Assembly (NCBI GenBank): GCA_043228905.1
Contig: JBHGNT010000004.1
Location: 11,470,001 to 11,534,000, forward strand
Source: Azolla caroliniana
Lineage: Eukaryota; Plantae; Polypodiophyta
Direction of reading: 5' to 3'
Length of the DNA: 64,000 nt
Numbering within the stretch: position 1 is the stretch's first letter; each line of letters begins with the position of its first letter. Under the pieces are notes generated by a model. The model had not been told where the DNA came from, did not search any database, and worked only from the letters and a program-made list of their open reading frames with translations. The position numbers were made by a program, and so were the translations under genes. This document shows positions 49,729 to 61,254 of this stretch, one piece after another.

Positions 49729-51442
49729 ACGGTTCCGACCAATTGTCAGAAGCCTTATATACTTAACGATCACCCGACCCAACATTAGTTATCCAGTCGG
49801 GGTGATCAGCCAGTTTATGCAGAAGCTGACCGTGGAGCACCTTCAGTGCGTGCATCGACTATTGCGATATGTGAGTGGCACGAAGGACCGGGGACTTTTA
49901 TACCGACACGGTATAGTTGACAAGCTGGTTGGATATACCCATGCCGACTAGGCTAGTGATGCATCCAATAGCCGATCCACCTTTGGTTACATGTTTCCTC
50001 TTGGTAGCGCGGTTGTTGCATGGAGCGGCAAAAAGCAGCCTACAGTGGCTATGTCAAGCACTGAGCCTAAGTACCGGGGCGCTATCATTGACACCTGTGA
50101 AGCCATCTGACTTCGGCGAATGCTGCAAGACCTCCAGATCGAGGTGCCGACCCCAATCCTAATTTATTATGACAACGTAAGCAGCATACAGCTCGCCAAG
50201 GACCCTGTATTCCATGCTCGAACAAAGCAAATAGAAGTGCATTATCACTTTGTTCTTGAGCAAGTCCTGTGCGGTGAAGTTGAACTTCGCTATGCTCACA
50301 CGAATCGGCAGGTTGGCGACATCTTCATGAAGTCGCTCGAATCAGACAAGTTGCAACATTTTTCAGAGATGCTCGGCATTCAGCATCTCGATGTGCCGCA
50401 CCTAAGGGGGAGAACAGGAATGGGAACGGATGGCACTAGAGAGGAAGAAAGAACCAAGGGGAGAGATGAGCAGATAGAGGAAGCCGAGCCGAACGAAGGA
50501 GTCAACACATCCGAAAAAGTCGGAGCAAGCGGCAACGACAACAGAGTCAAGAAGGACAGAGCTGACCGGAAGAAGGCCTAGACACGGACGTGGTCTGATG
50601 TGGTAAAGGGCCTAAAAACATAGACGAGTTGGAGACTACCAACTCGGACAAGAGCTAGAATGAATCGGAGGACGAGGAGCGTAGAACCGGACGGGTCGTG
50701 GGAAGCAGAACCAGACCGGACGGGGAGCGCAAGGAAGACATCAGATGGAGCCGGAGGAAAGGACCGGTTACTACAGAAACTAACACCATGATCCGACCTC
50801 AAGTTGGGGGGAGTTTTGAGCAAGCAAGCTCAACCCGATCCGGATCAGCTGAATAAGCCAGAGCCGGATCGGTATCCGGAATGGAGAACTGGTAGGCCAT
50901 TAGAGGCCTACAGATCCAGCCTAGTAAGTAGGCATATTTTTGGGAGTCAGTGACAATCGCTCGTATGAGCATTGAAGTACCTGGGAGTACTTCTATCAGT
51001 TGTTGACCGGTCAGAAGAGCAAGGACAAGTGGGAAGGCAGAGTCGGATCGGATAATAGGAAGTAAATAATAGTAGAATTATTATTCGGAGGCACGGATCC
51101 GGTACAGTTGTACCGATCCGGATCCGGACCGATTCGGATGTCGGTTGCCTAAGCGCACCGATTGTAACCTTGCCGGATGCCTATAAAAGGATCCGATGAT
51201 TTGTAAAGGTTTTGATGGAAGTAATACAAATAGAATTATTGCGTGTTTATCTGTATCTCTGTATTGTTTTACCGTCTGTGCTTAATTGTAATCATCTTAC
51301 GCGTGTAACCTAGCATCCAATCCTTACCACCCCTTTGGAGAAGTGTCGGATAGACACCTGTGTTGAGGCTAGTCCGGCTAGGCGACAACACTATTTTGGC
51401 GATCACGATTCCTGCAAAGTGCAGAGGACAACCGGGGGATGG

Positions 51443-54400
51443 ATGTCTAGACCAAATGACAACCACATCACCGAAAGAGGGAGACGATACACCGAATGCG
51501 AGCAACGACGGGAAGCCCTGCAGCAAGACGTCGACGAGATCCGGCGGGATCGGTCATTCTCCAAAACTCTTCGGAGAGTCGCAGAAGAAGCATTGCAGTT
51601 CCGGGTTCTGCAAGTCCCCGACGAAGGCAGTAGCATAACAAGCCTGCAAGAGGCGGAAACGATACTACAGACGCTCGCCGGGGGCGACGGGGACTCGGAA
51701 GCATTCGCAACACTTGAGGCGGAGTCGGAAAGCGACGGAAGCGTTGCGTCCCGGTATAAAAGTAGCCACGACACACCAAACGACCGGGGGGAAGAGAGGT
51801 CGGAAGACTCAGTAACACCGGAGCGAGAGGAAGAAATAACCTTGGAGTTCGGTGACCGGCAATCGCCGAGGGAGGCTGACGGGATACAGACAACACCCGC
51901 GAAGGAACCGAAGGAGCGGATACCGACAACACCCGCGGAGGAACCAAAGGACCGGACACCGGCAACACCCGCGGAGGAACTGAAGGAGCGGATACCGGCA
52001 CCAACCGCGGAGGAACCAAAGGTTCTCACACCGACGCCAACAGCGGACAGAGAGCGGAGAAGGCAGGAGAGTCAGTTGGACGACACGATGCCGTACCCAT
52101 ACCCAAAGTACCGGGATGAGCCTGACGCGGAGGCACACGTGTACGCATTCCTCCAAACATGGGAAGCCAACCATGTCTCCCAAAGACTGACGGAGCCCAA
52201 AGCCGAACGATCCAAAGCCGCCGAATTCGGCATGACCTTAGAAGGACCGGCGGCCCGATGGCACGCAAAGCACTTACCGGGCAGCTTTGCCACATTCGAT
52301 GCCTTGAAGACCAAATTCCTCAGGCTTTTTCACAGACAAGTTCTACACCACCCGGCAGGAAGAGAACGAGACTGTGTCACAATTCATCATTCGGTTTCAG
52401 ACCCTGCACAGCCAACTGACGAGAGCACCACCCGAAGACGAAGCCAAAGCAGTCTTTTTGGCCGCGCTGAACGAGCCACTTCGAACAATGTGCGGAGTCC
52501 TTGATTTCCACACCAGCACAATGGACCAAGTTATTGATCGGGTCTTAGAAATGGACAAGACTAGCTCCTTCTTGTCGATGGGGATGTTACACCGGGCACT
52601 TCTGAAGGAGGAAGACCTGAGGTTCCGACAAGCCTTACAATGCACAACATGCCTAAATTCGGGCCACTCAACAGTAGACTGCACCCTGCGGACACAATGT
52701 ATGATCTGCAACTCTCGAGCCCATACAACGGACCGATGCGAATATAACCTGTTAAATCGGCAGGCAACACCGGTTCGACACATAGAACCGCGCAATCAGA
52801 ATCCGGATGAGGATCGATTCCGGAGAGACGACCGCTACCAACGTGAACGCGGTAACAGATACGCTGATAGAAGACGCGATAACTATGACAGAGAGGAGAA
52901 ACACAGAGATAGCTACCCCCGGGACCGGTACGACTGAGACGAATCCCCGGAATACGAACGACGCAGAGAAGAGAGGCGACAAGGGAACCGAAATTTCCGA
53001 CAAAATTAGAAGCGTGGATTTTTCCGAAGAGAGGAACGTCGGGAGGCAGCAAGGAATGACAACCCGGTATCGGTACCGGATAACCGAAAAACCGAAGACG
53101 ACCGCCGAAGCATACCCACCCTCCAAACCGGGGACAAAGGAGAAACGAGCAACAGTCACAAGGTGTACTGTTATTACTGCCGTAAGGAAGGCCATTATAG
53201 TAACCAATGTTCAAGCAAAACCAATGACAAGCAGCCGGCAGTCAACATGGTTACAGCCGAAATAACAGAAGTACAACAGGTCACAGCCCGGTCAAAGGGA
53301 AAGCCCGCCGAGTGGGAAGCCCAGGAGGCAATCAGAAAACAAGCGGCGCAATGGATCAAGGAGGCCAATGAACAGAATGCGGCAAAAGTCAGAGACCAAA
53401 ATATGCCAAAAGACGAAGAAATCATACAGCCAGGAGAAAACCCGACGTGGCAAGCGCTACAGGACTGTCAAATCGTGCTGCCATTAGCACGGCTACTACA
53501 GTTGGTGCCACGGTTTACGGCAGACTTACAGGCATCCATGAGCAAACCGAAGCCGACGCCAGCACCCGCATTCTTCTCCAACCTGGAGGAAGGACCAGCG
53601 CTGGTCGATACAAGTAGCCCGGAGATCACGGCAATCGTGAAAGGAAAGGAAATTGCTGGAACGATTATTGACGGAGGCTTCGGGGTAAATGTCATCAGCC
53701 GACAGACATGCGATAACCTGGGCATCCGAGAATGGGAACCATGCCCCTTCTGGTTACGCATGGTGGATACCAGCTCAGTCCGACCAACCGGACTTATCCG
53801 GGATTTGGAAGTAACGATCGGAGGCCACGTATTCCGAATATCGGCCGTGGTGCTGCAGCTGAATGTACAAGGCGCGTACCCCCTACTGCTAGGACGACCA
53901 TGGCTGCGAACGGCGCATATCAAGCAGAACTGGCAAAAGAACATGATCACATTCCGGCGAGGGAAAACAAAGGTACGAGTAACGACGCAACCACGGGTGA
54001 TCGCCAGTAAGGAAGCAACTCCATTGTATGCGGAAAGCATCAACATGTTGGAGGGATTACCGGACGAGGAAGTCGAGCGGTACCTCGAGGAACACCCACG
54101 AATCGTCCCACTATTTGAGGTGGATATCATGGCGGCAGTAGAACCGTACATTACGACGCCGGACGAACCGGACCAAGCGGCGATCCGGGAACTGCGACAA
54201 GCGCAGGAATCCCTAGAGAGGGAAATGACGATATCCCAGAGGGTAAAAGCATCCCAACTAGAGGAGGTGGACCTCGGCACAACAGACAAGCCCCGACCGG
54301 TAAATGTCGCAAAGGAATTGCCGAAGGAAGAAAAGAAGGCAATGATAGCATTATTAACAGACTTCAAGGATGTGTTCGCGTGGTCGTACGAAGACATGCG

Positions 54401-57259
54401 AGGGCTGGACCCCCAGCTCTATCAGCACCAAATTCACCTAAGTACGGACGCGAAACCGATCGCTCAACGCAGGTACCGGATGAATCCGAATTATGCGGCG
54501 AAGGTGAAGGAGGAGATTGATAAGCTCCTCCGGGTCGGATTTATCCGACCGGTCAAGCAGGCAACCTGGCTGACTCCGATAGTAGTGGTCCGGAAAAAGA
54601 ACGGCAAAATCCGGGTATGTGTGGACTACCGAAAACTAAATGCCGCAACAGTGACCGATGCGTTTCCACTACCATTTACGGACGGGGTGTTAGATGCGGT
54701 AGCCGGCCACGAAGTTTACAGCTTCCTGGATGGATTTAGCGGCTACAACCAAATACGAATGAACCCGGCCGACCAGGAGAAGACAACGTTCGTTACGGAA
54801 TGGGGAGTGTTCGTCGCGGTCATGATGATGTTCGGACTAAAGACGGCTCCAGCGACCTTTTAAAGGATAATAATGGAAATTTTCGGGGAATATATCCCCG
54901 GTTTTATGCAGGTCTTCCTTGACGATTTCGCGGTCTACAGCCGGCACGGAGAGCATCTCGATCACCTCCGGCTGTGCTTGGAGAAGTGCCGTGAGTACCG
55001 GTTGAGTCTGAACCCGACCAAGTGCGTCTTTGGAGTGGCAAGCGGCAACTTACTAGGGCACGTGGTGAGTAAGGAAGGAATCGCGGTAGATCCGGATAAA
55101 GTCAAGGCGATTCTCGAGGCACTAGCACCAAATAACGCAAAGGCTTTAAGCCGGTTCCTGGGCCAAATAAGGTGGCATAGCCGGATGATACGGCACCTCG
55201 CAGACTTCGCTACACCATTACATACCGCCATACACAGGGTACCCTTCCTATGGGCGGAGACAGAGGAGGAAGCCTACCAAGCGTTGAAGGTTATGTTGTC
55301 GCAAGCTCCGGTGGTGCAACCGCCGGATTGGAGTAAAAGCTTTCACGTCTTCGTCGACGCGTCGGACGTAGCAATCGGCAGCGTTCTGATGCAACTCACG
55401 GAGCTGAAATGGTACCGACCGGTGTACTACGCAAGCCGGAAACTCTCAAAAGCCGAACGGAACTACTCTACGACGGAACGCGAGGCATTAGGAATGGTGT
55501 ATAGTGTCACAAAGTACAGGCACTATTTGCTCGGAAGGAAGTTTTCCTTCCATGTCGACCATTCGGCACTACTCTACCTGGTCTCGAAGGCATCCCTGAC
55601 GGGAAAAATTGCACGATGGACACTGCTGCTACAGGAATTTGAATTCGACATTTTCCACCGACCCGGGGCGCAGCATGCGGTAGCGGACTACCTAAGCAGA
55701 CTCGAATCCGGAGAAGCAGGGGACGGCGTCCAGGATGAGTTCCCCGACGCCGAGTTGTTCCGGATCACGACGAAACCGGCAACGGATGCAACGGTAGCCG
55801 ATGAAGACACGTGGCTAACTGAGATGCATCAGTTCCTAAGCACCGGAGTACCCCCGGAGAACATGGACCGCGATGAATGGAAAAGGGTAGCAGTAAGAAG
55901 CAGACATTTCTGCTCGGTTGGAGACACCCTCTATCACAAGGGGGCAGATGGCATTTGGAGACGAGCAGTGCGGAGCGATGAGAAGGATTTAATCCTCAGG
56001 GAAGCCCACTGTGGAATTGCCGGCGGGCATTATGCTGGCGACGCAACCGCTCGGAAAATATGGCAGAGCGGACTGTGGTGGCCCACCACCCTAAAAGATG
56101 CCGTGAAGTATAGCAGAGAATGCGATTTGTGTCAACAACTGGGCCAACCCACGGAGCAGGCCCGGATGCCACACCACCCGGTCTTGCCTTTGGAACCGTT
56201 TCAAAAGTGGGGTTTGGACTTTGTCGGTCCCTTCAAGCCACCGGCAATGCGAACCGGAAATCGGTATGTCATAGTGGCGACAGACTATTGCACCAAATGG
56301 GTAGAAGCAAAGGCCTTACAAGACAACACAGCCGCGTCCACGGCAAAGTTTCTGTACGAGTGCATATGGTGCCGGTATGGATGCCCGATCGAGCTTATAA
56401 GTGACCAAGGAGGACATTTTCTCGGGCAGGTAGTAGAAAGCCTGACGTCATTTTACGCGGTGGTACATAAAAGGAGTACTCCCTACTACCCTCAAGCCAA
56501 TGGACTAGCGGAATCAACGAACAAAACCCTGTAGAACATCCTACGAAAAATCGTCAACGAGAACCGGACCGACTGGGATACGAAATTGCAAAGCGCGCTA
56601 TGGGCGTACCGAACAACGTACAAAACCAGCATCCGGACAACCCTGTTCCGACTAGCATTCGGTTTAGAAGCGGTCATGCCGGTAGAGTTCCAGATCCCCA
56701 GCTTACGGATCCAGGTAAAGGAGCGCTTAAGTGAGAAGGAGTCCGAACGAATCCGGCTGGCGACGTTGTTGGAATTAGAAGAAAACCGAATAGCCAGCTT
56801 ACTACAACTCGAACTGGAGCAAAGGAGGAGAAAAGCTTTCGTGGACCGACACCGGCGTGGCAACGAAAAGGAGTTCGAAGTCGGAAACCGGTGCTACTAT
56901 TCCAGACACAGATGGGGAACATGCCGGGAAAGTTGCGGTTTCGGTGGACCGGACCGTTCTGGATCACCAAGGAGTACAATGGGTCGTATCAGCTCAGCAC
57001 GTTGTCTGGAGATGTCATCGGTAAGTGGGCAAATGGGTTTCGGCTAAAGCCGTATAAGGGAAATATGCCAGCCAACCCGTTCAAGCAAAACCCGGAAATC
57101 TGGCAAGATGAGGAACCGACACCGACAGACGCTGTCGAAGATATCCAGACCGAGGAAGAACCGACACCGATACTGACAAAGACTATCCCAGAAAACCGAC
57201 AGAAGGATCCGGTATCAGCACGAACCGACCCGAACAAATCGGGGGGGACCAGAAAATGA
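51443..57259 (+). pseudogene. pol: gag-pol polyprotein of element A (3 stops, 2 frameshifts)
   Basis: Three CCHC knuckles; IIDGG protease; FLDD RT; VDASD RNase H; H-H-C-C and WGLDF/LISDQG/GLAE integrase. Stops at 52935, 54861 and 56532. Confidence 0.93.
51891..52035 (+). repeat. 36-bp in-frame repeat in gag (TPAEEPKERIP units)
   Basis: Four copies visible in DNA and protein. Confidence 0.85.
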
Positions 57260-57651
57260 CGTGGTCCAAACAAACAGAAAAAAAAAAAAAAAAAAAAAAA
57301 CATAGTAGTGATGGGGAGATCATAGGAGGTGGGAGCGCCACCATGCAACGAAGAGCCGCCATGAAGTAAAGAAGGACGTGCGCGTACTTGCTATTTAAAG
57401 CATGGAACGTGGGCACTCACACGCGGCAAGCAAGAAAGGACATACTAATTATGGCGGGAGATGAACATGCGCGGGAAACGAAAAAGGGCGGCTCGAGGCA
57501 AAAGCCACTATATAAGACACAGGCCTGCGAAGGACTTACTTTTTACGAATTTTCCTACACGCAGGCGCAGAAGCACAGAAGAGCGATCTGATGCACAGCG
57601 CACACACAGCCCGATCCCGAACAACAGACAGCAGAAGAAGAAGTCGAACCA

Positions 57652-60381
57652 ATGGCACTGTCGGAGGAGGCACGCCAATGGATGAGGGAGAACGAGTTAA
57701 AAGGATTGTTGCGGATCGCCGACGCTCCACCACACGCAGAACCAGAGCAGGCGGCAACATCGATTGATTTATCAGAAATCACGGAAGGAGCGGTGCAGGC
57801 GCTCATGGGGATAAAAGCAGGAGGACTTCAAACAATCGAAAACCCTTCAAGTGAAATCCTGTTCGAATATTTCGGTGAGTATTCTATCAGCAACAAGGCG
57901 TACCGAACACAGGGCGGAGAGAACCTGTTGTTAGGAGAAGTGGCCCGCGCCATGATGGAATACGGATTCGTGAATCCTCGTCCCCCGGCCATAGCGAGGT
58001 ACCGGGCAGCGTTCTTAATTGCAGCGTACGAAGGATTACAAGTGGACTGGCTCCATTTCATAACCGAAGGATTGAAGGAGGCCATCAAGAACCTTGTGGA
58101 AGGAAAAAAGCCATGGGCCGGGATAGCACAATGGCTAACGGTGTTAGTCCCACCGGTGCTCCCCATCAAACAAAAGAAAAGAGGTCGGCAGGAGACGACG
58201 CCGAAAAAGGTCACAAAGCGCCGACATATCCTGGAGAAACACACACCCGGATGGACCCAAGAAGAAGCAGAACAGCGGGGGGAAGGACCATCCCGACAAC
58301 AACAGGAACCGGCAACAAAGGCAAAACCGGCAGGAAAAGGCAAAGGGAAATCGGCCGAGGAGGAACCGATAGCGCTCAAACCAATCAATATAACGCTGCG
58401 ACGGCCGGAACCGGAACCAGAGGTCTTTATACAAAAGGTCCGTCTGGTAGCCGCACCGGAGGAGGAAGCTGAAACAGAAGACTCATCCGAACCACTGGTA
58501 AGACTCCCAGCAAGACAAGGTCGGGAGAGACGGGCGAAAGGACTGGCTCCACCAGTTGACAAAACTCAGCAGAGGGCGCAAGGACCACCTCCAGTAGCCG
58601 AGGCGGAAGCAGTACCGGGACCCGTACCGAGGGAAGCAGTACCGACACCGGTTTTGCCGGACTTCAGAGAACCGGTCATCCCAGAGAAGAGGAATGAACA
58701 AGCGCCGGAGCCAAAGAAAAGGCCGGAAAAACAGCCTGAGTTAAGGAGTAGAAGTGAGCAAGGCTACCCCGACACAGGAAGCACAAAGCCACAATGGCTG
58801 AGATGGCTTTCGGAGCAGTTATCGGGAGTAGCGGACCAGTTAGAGGAAGAAGAAACGTGTAGGCAACACCTGACGCATACAACAACCCAGGAGTTGGTCG
58901 CGCTCCGAACACAGATCGAGGAATTGCAAGGGGAGCTGTTGCAGGCAAGGGAAGGAATTCAACAAGCACAAGTTGTCACCGAGCCGGTCGGGACAACAAG
59001 GAAGCAACCAGAACTGGAACCGGAACCGGTAGCCTTGCAAACCGGCCCTGAGACCGAAAAAATAATAGAAACCTTACGAGAGGAGTTAAAAGCTCAGGAG
59101 GCATTAAGGGAAAAAGAAAGGGAGCAGCAGAAAGCGGTGGAGGAAGACAGACGGAAAATGGAAGAAGGCCTCCGGAAAGGCCGAGCCACTAATGACCGGC
59201 TGCAAGAAGAAAAAGAGAAGCTGCAAAAGGAGAAGGACCGACTGCGTCGACATGCCGAGCAGGAGATAGCACGACTGCAGGAAGAACTCCGACAACTGAA
59301 GGACCGGGATGACCGGTTAAGAGCTCAGGCAAACCGACGCCTGAAGCAGAAGACGGAGGACTTCGACCGTCTCTACCGAGATCACAAGCAGGCCGAGTCG
59401 GACAACAAGAAACGGGCAGCAGACTATGACCGGCAAATAGAGAAGCTGAAAGAACAGCTCAAAGAGACCCGATTGGACCTGGCTAAGGCAATGGATGAGG
59501 TCAGTGCCAAAAAGGAAGCATTGTCGGCGGAAATAACCCAAGCGACGGAGAGAAGGAAGGAATTAGAGGTGCTAAGGCGGGAAAAGCTAGATCTGACCAA
59601 GATCAGGAATGAAGAAAAGGAAAGATCGACCTTCACGATCAACAAACTGCAAAGTACCTATGAAAAGCAGAAAGCGGATTACGAGGCCCAGGCTCAGATA
59701 ATGGCCGACATTATAAAACGGGCAAGGAAGGAAAAGCAAGAAGCTTACGCGCATGCTAAGGCGGGGGTTGACCGGATCAAGCTCATCATGTCAGGTTGGA
59801 GCACCCGAGCTCAGGCAAGCATCAACGAAAGTACGGAAAAGCTATGGAAGGAGTGGTCACAACAGGCAGCCGAGCTGCAGACACTCCGAGCTGATGCCGA
59901 GAATCGGAGGAAGACCGGTGACAAGTTCTACAAGATGGATGAAGAAAGTATCGTCGCCATTCGGGAAGAATTGTCGGAGGATTTCTACGCTTTAGCGGAA
60001 GAACATCTCAAAGAAATCCGAGGGTTGGTAGAGAGGTTGGATGACGGGCAGCTCGCAACTCAGTTGCAGTTGGAGAAATACGAGCAGGACCGGTTACGAC
60101 AGGAAGCCAAGGGAAGAACGACGCCAATCACTATAAGTGAGGGAGAGCGACCGGCTGAAGTTGAACCAACCGACACCGAACAACCCCGACAAGGAATACC
60201 CGAAGAAGAACTTCCGTTCGAAGGAAATCAAGAAGAGCAGGAGCAGACCGATGCCGGAGAAGAAGAAGAGCTGAGACCGGAAGACACCAGAGCAGAGGAA
60301 GAAGGCGTACCGAGCAGACCAGTCGAGACCGGAGAAAGCGACACTGGTAACAGAACAGAGCCGGGAACGGAGGGAGAATAG
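57652..60381 (+). CDS. 909-aa extra 3' ORF (globular N-terminus, long coiled coil, acidic tail); function unknown
   Basis: Open frame with homologues in A', D and the right-edge element. The TAG at 60379 is probably CAG>TAG, with the original stop at 60571-73. Confidence 0.88.
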   Translation: MALSEEARQWMRENELKGLLRIADAPPHAEPEQAATSIDLSEITEGAVQALMGIKAGGLQTIENPSSEILFEYFGEYSISNKAYRTQGGENLLLGEVARAMMEYGFVNPRPPAIARYRAAFLIAAYEGLQVDWLHFITEGLKEAIKNLVEGKKPWAGIAQWLTVLVPPVLPIKQKKRGRQETTPKKVTKRRHILEKHTPGWTQEEAEQRGEGPSRQQQEPATKAKPAGKGKGKSAEEEPIALKPINITLRRPEPEPEVFIQKVRLVAAPEEEAETEDSSEPLVRLPARQGRERRAKGLAPPVDKTQQRAQGPPPVAEAEAVPGPVPREAVPTPVLPDFREPVIPEKRNEQAPEPKKRPEKQPELRSRSEQGYPDTGSTKPQWLRWLSEQLSGVADQLEEEETCRQHLTHTTTQELVALRTQIEELQGELLQAREGIQQAQVVTEPVGTTRKQPELEPEPVALQTGPETEKIIETLREELKAQEALREKEREQQKAVEEDRRKMEEGLRKGRATNDRLQEEKEKLQKEKDRLRRHAEQEIARLQEELRQLKDRDDRLRAQANRRLKQKTEDFDRLYRDHKQAESDNKKRAADYDRQIEKLKEQLKETRLDLAKAMDEVSAKKEALSAEITQATERRKELEVLRREKLDLTKIRNEEKERSTFTINKLQSTYEKQKADYEAQAQIMADIIKRARKEKQEAYAHAKAGVDRIKLIMSGWSTRAQASINESTEKLWKEWSQQAAELQTLRADAENRRKTGDKFYKMDEESIVAIREELSEDFYALAEEHLKEIRGLVERLDDGQLATQLQLEKYEQDRLRQEAKGRTTPITISEGERPAEVEPTDTEQPRQGIPEEELPFEGNQEEQEQTDAGEEEELRPEDTRAEEEGVPSRPVETGESDTGNRTEPGTEGE

Positions 60382-60581
60382 GAAGAACCCGGACGGAGCG
60401 GTGAGGAAGCACCGACACCACAGAATCAAGTAGAGCCGGAGCAGAAAATTTTTACGGAACAGCCAACCCAACCGGAGGTTAGAGACCAGGCAGGCAAGGA
60501 ACAGGAATTGGAGGAAGAAGCACCACTTGACACCATCGAGCAGAGTGTGCTCGATATTTTGGAGGAAGAATGAGGCCGGGA

Positions 60582-60623
60582 GTGGATTCGAAGTGCAAGG
60601 CACTTTCCCACGGGCATGCCATG
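60582..60623 (+). other. tRNA 3'-half mimic at the PPT position of element A
   Basis: GTGGATTCGA-AGTGCAAGGCACTTT-CCCACGGGCATGCCA-TG-LTR(TGTTGA at 60624). Confidence 0.82.
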
Positions 60624-61107
60624 TGTTGACCGGTCAGAAGAGCAAGGACAAGTGGGAAGGCAGAGTTGGATCGGATAATAGGAAGTAAATAATAGTAGAA
60701 TTATTATTCGGAGGCACGGATCCGGTACAGTTGTACCGATCCGGATCCGGACCGATTCGGATGCCGGTTGCCTAAGCGCACCGATTGTAACCCTGCCGGA
60801 TGCCTATAAAAGGATCCGATGATTTGTAAAGGTTTTGACGGAAGTAATACAAATAGAATTATTGCGTGTTTATCTGTATCTCTGTATTGTTTTACCGTCT
60901 GTGCTTAATTGTAATCATCTTACGCGTGTAACCCAGCATCCAATCCTTACCACCCCTTTGGAGAAGTGTCGGATAGACACCTGTGTTGAGGCTAGTCCAG
61001 TCAGGCGACAACATCAGTCCTTTATGGACTTGTATAAAAGTGCTCTTTGAGCACATTCTATGTACAGAATATTGAGAGTATTATTTTGAATTGAGTTGTG
61101 TTTATGT

Positions 61108-61146
<39 letters not shown>

Positions 61147-61254
61147 CTGTATATGTGTATTCTCTATGTTAAGCTACCATTAAACCTTCTTCTCTTTACT
61201 ATTACTATCCGGCAGAGCCGGTTTGGCATACGCTTCCGCACGTTAACTTTCACA

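Larger units (their letters stand above)
51001..61013 (+). mobile_element. Full-length young Athila-like Ty3/Gypsy element A
   Basis: 390-bp LTRs 51001-51390 and 60624-61013 with about 8 differences by eye, all transitions; TSD TCAGT; PBS TGGCGATCAC at 51397; inserted in the Copia 3' LTR. Confidence 0.96.
42207..61254 (+). mobile_element. Ty1/Copia element (degenerate) hosting three insertions
   Basis: Left-truncated 5' LTR to 42470; Met PBS TGGTATCAGAGC at 42471; gag with CWYCGKKGH, PR, INT, RT (LHVDDL) and RH (ARTKQIEVHYHF); PPT near 50801-50813; 3' LTR ~50814-51000 plus 61014-61254. Confidence 0.9.

Noticed and set aside
53468-54397. Long antisense ORFs here and at 51403-52029, 57828-58562 and 10723-11725
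   Set aside because: Shadows of sense-strand coding sequence with no recognisable motifs.
54915-54930. FLDD instead of YxDD in RT as a novelty or inactivating change
   Set aside because: Shared by A, A' and D, and FxDD is normal in Athila-type RTs.
60582-60621. Genuine tRNA gene before the 3' LTR
   Set aside because: No D or anticodon arm upstream, the T-loop is interrupted, and CCA is encoded; treated as a mimic or priming site.
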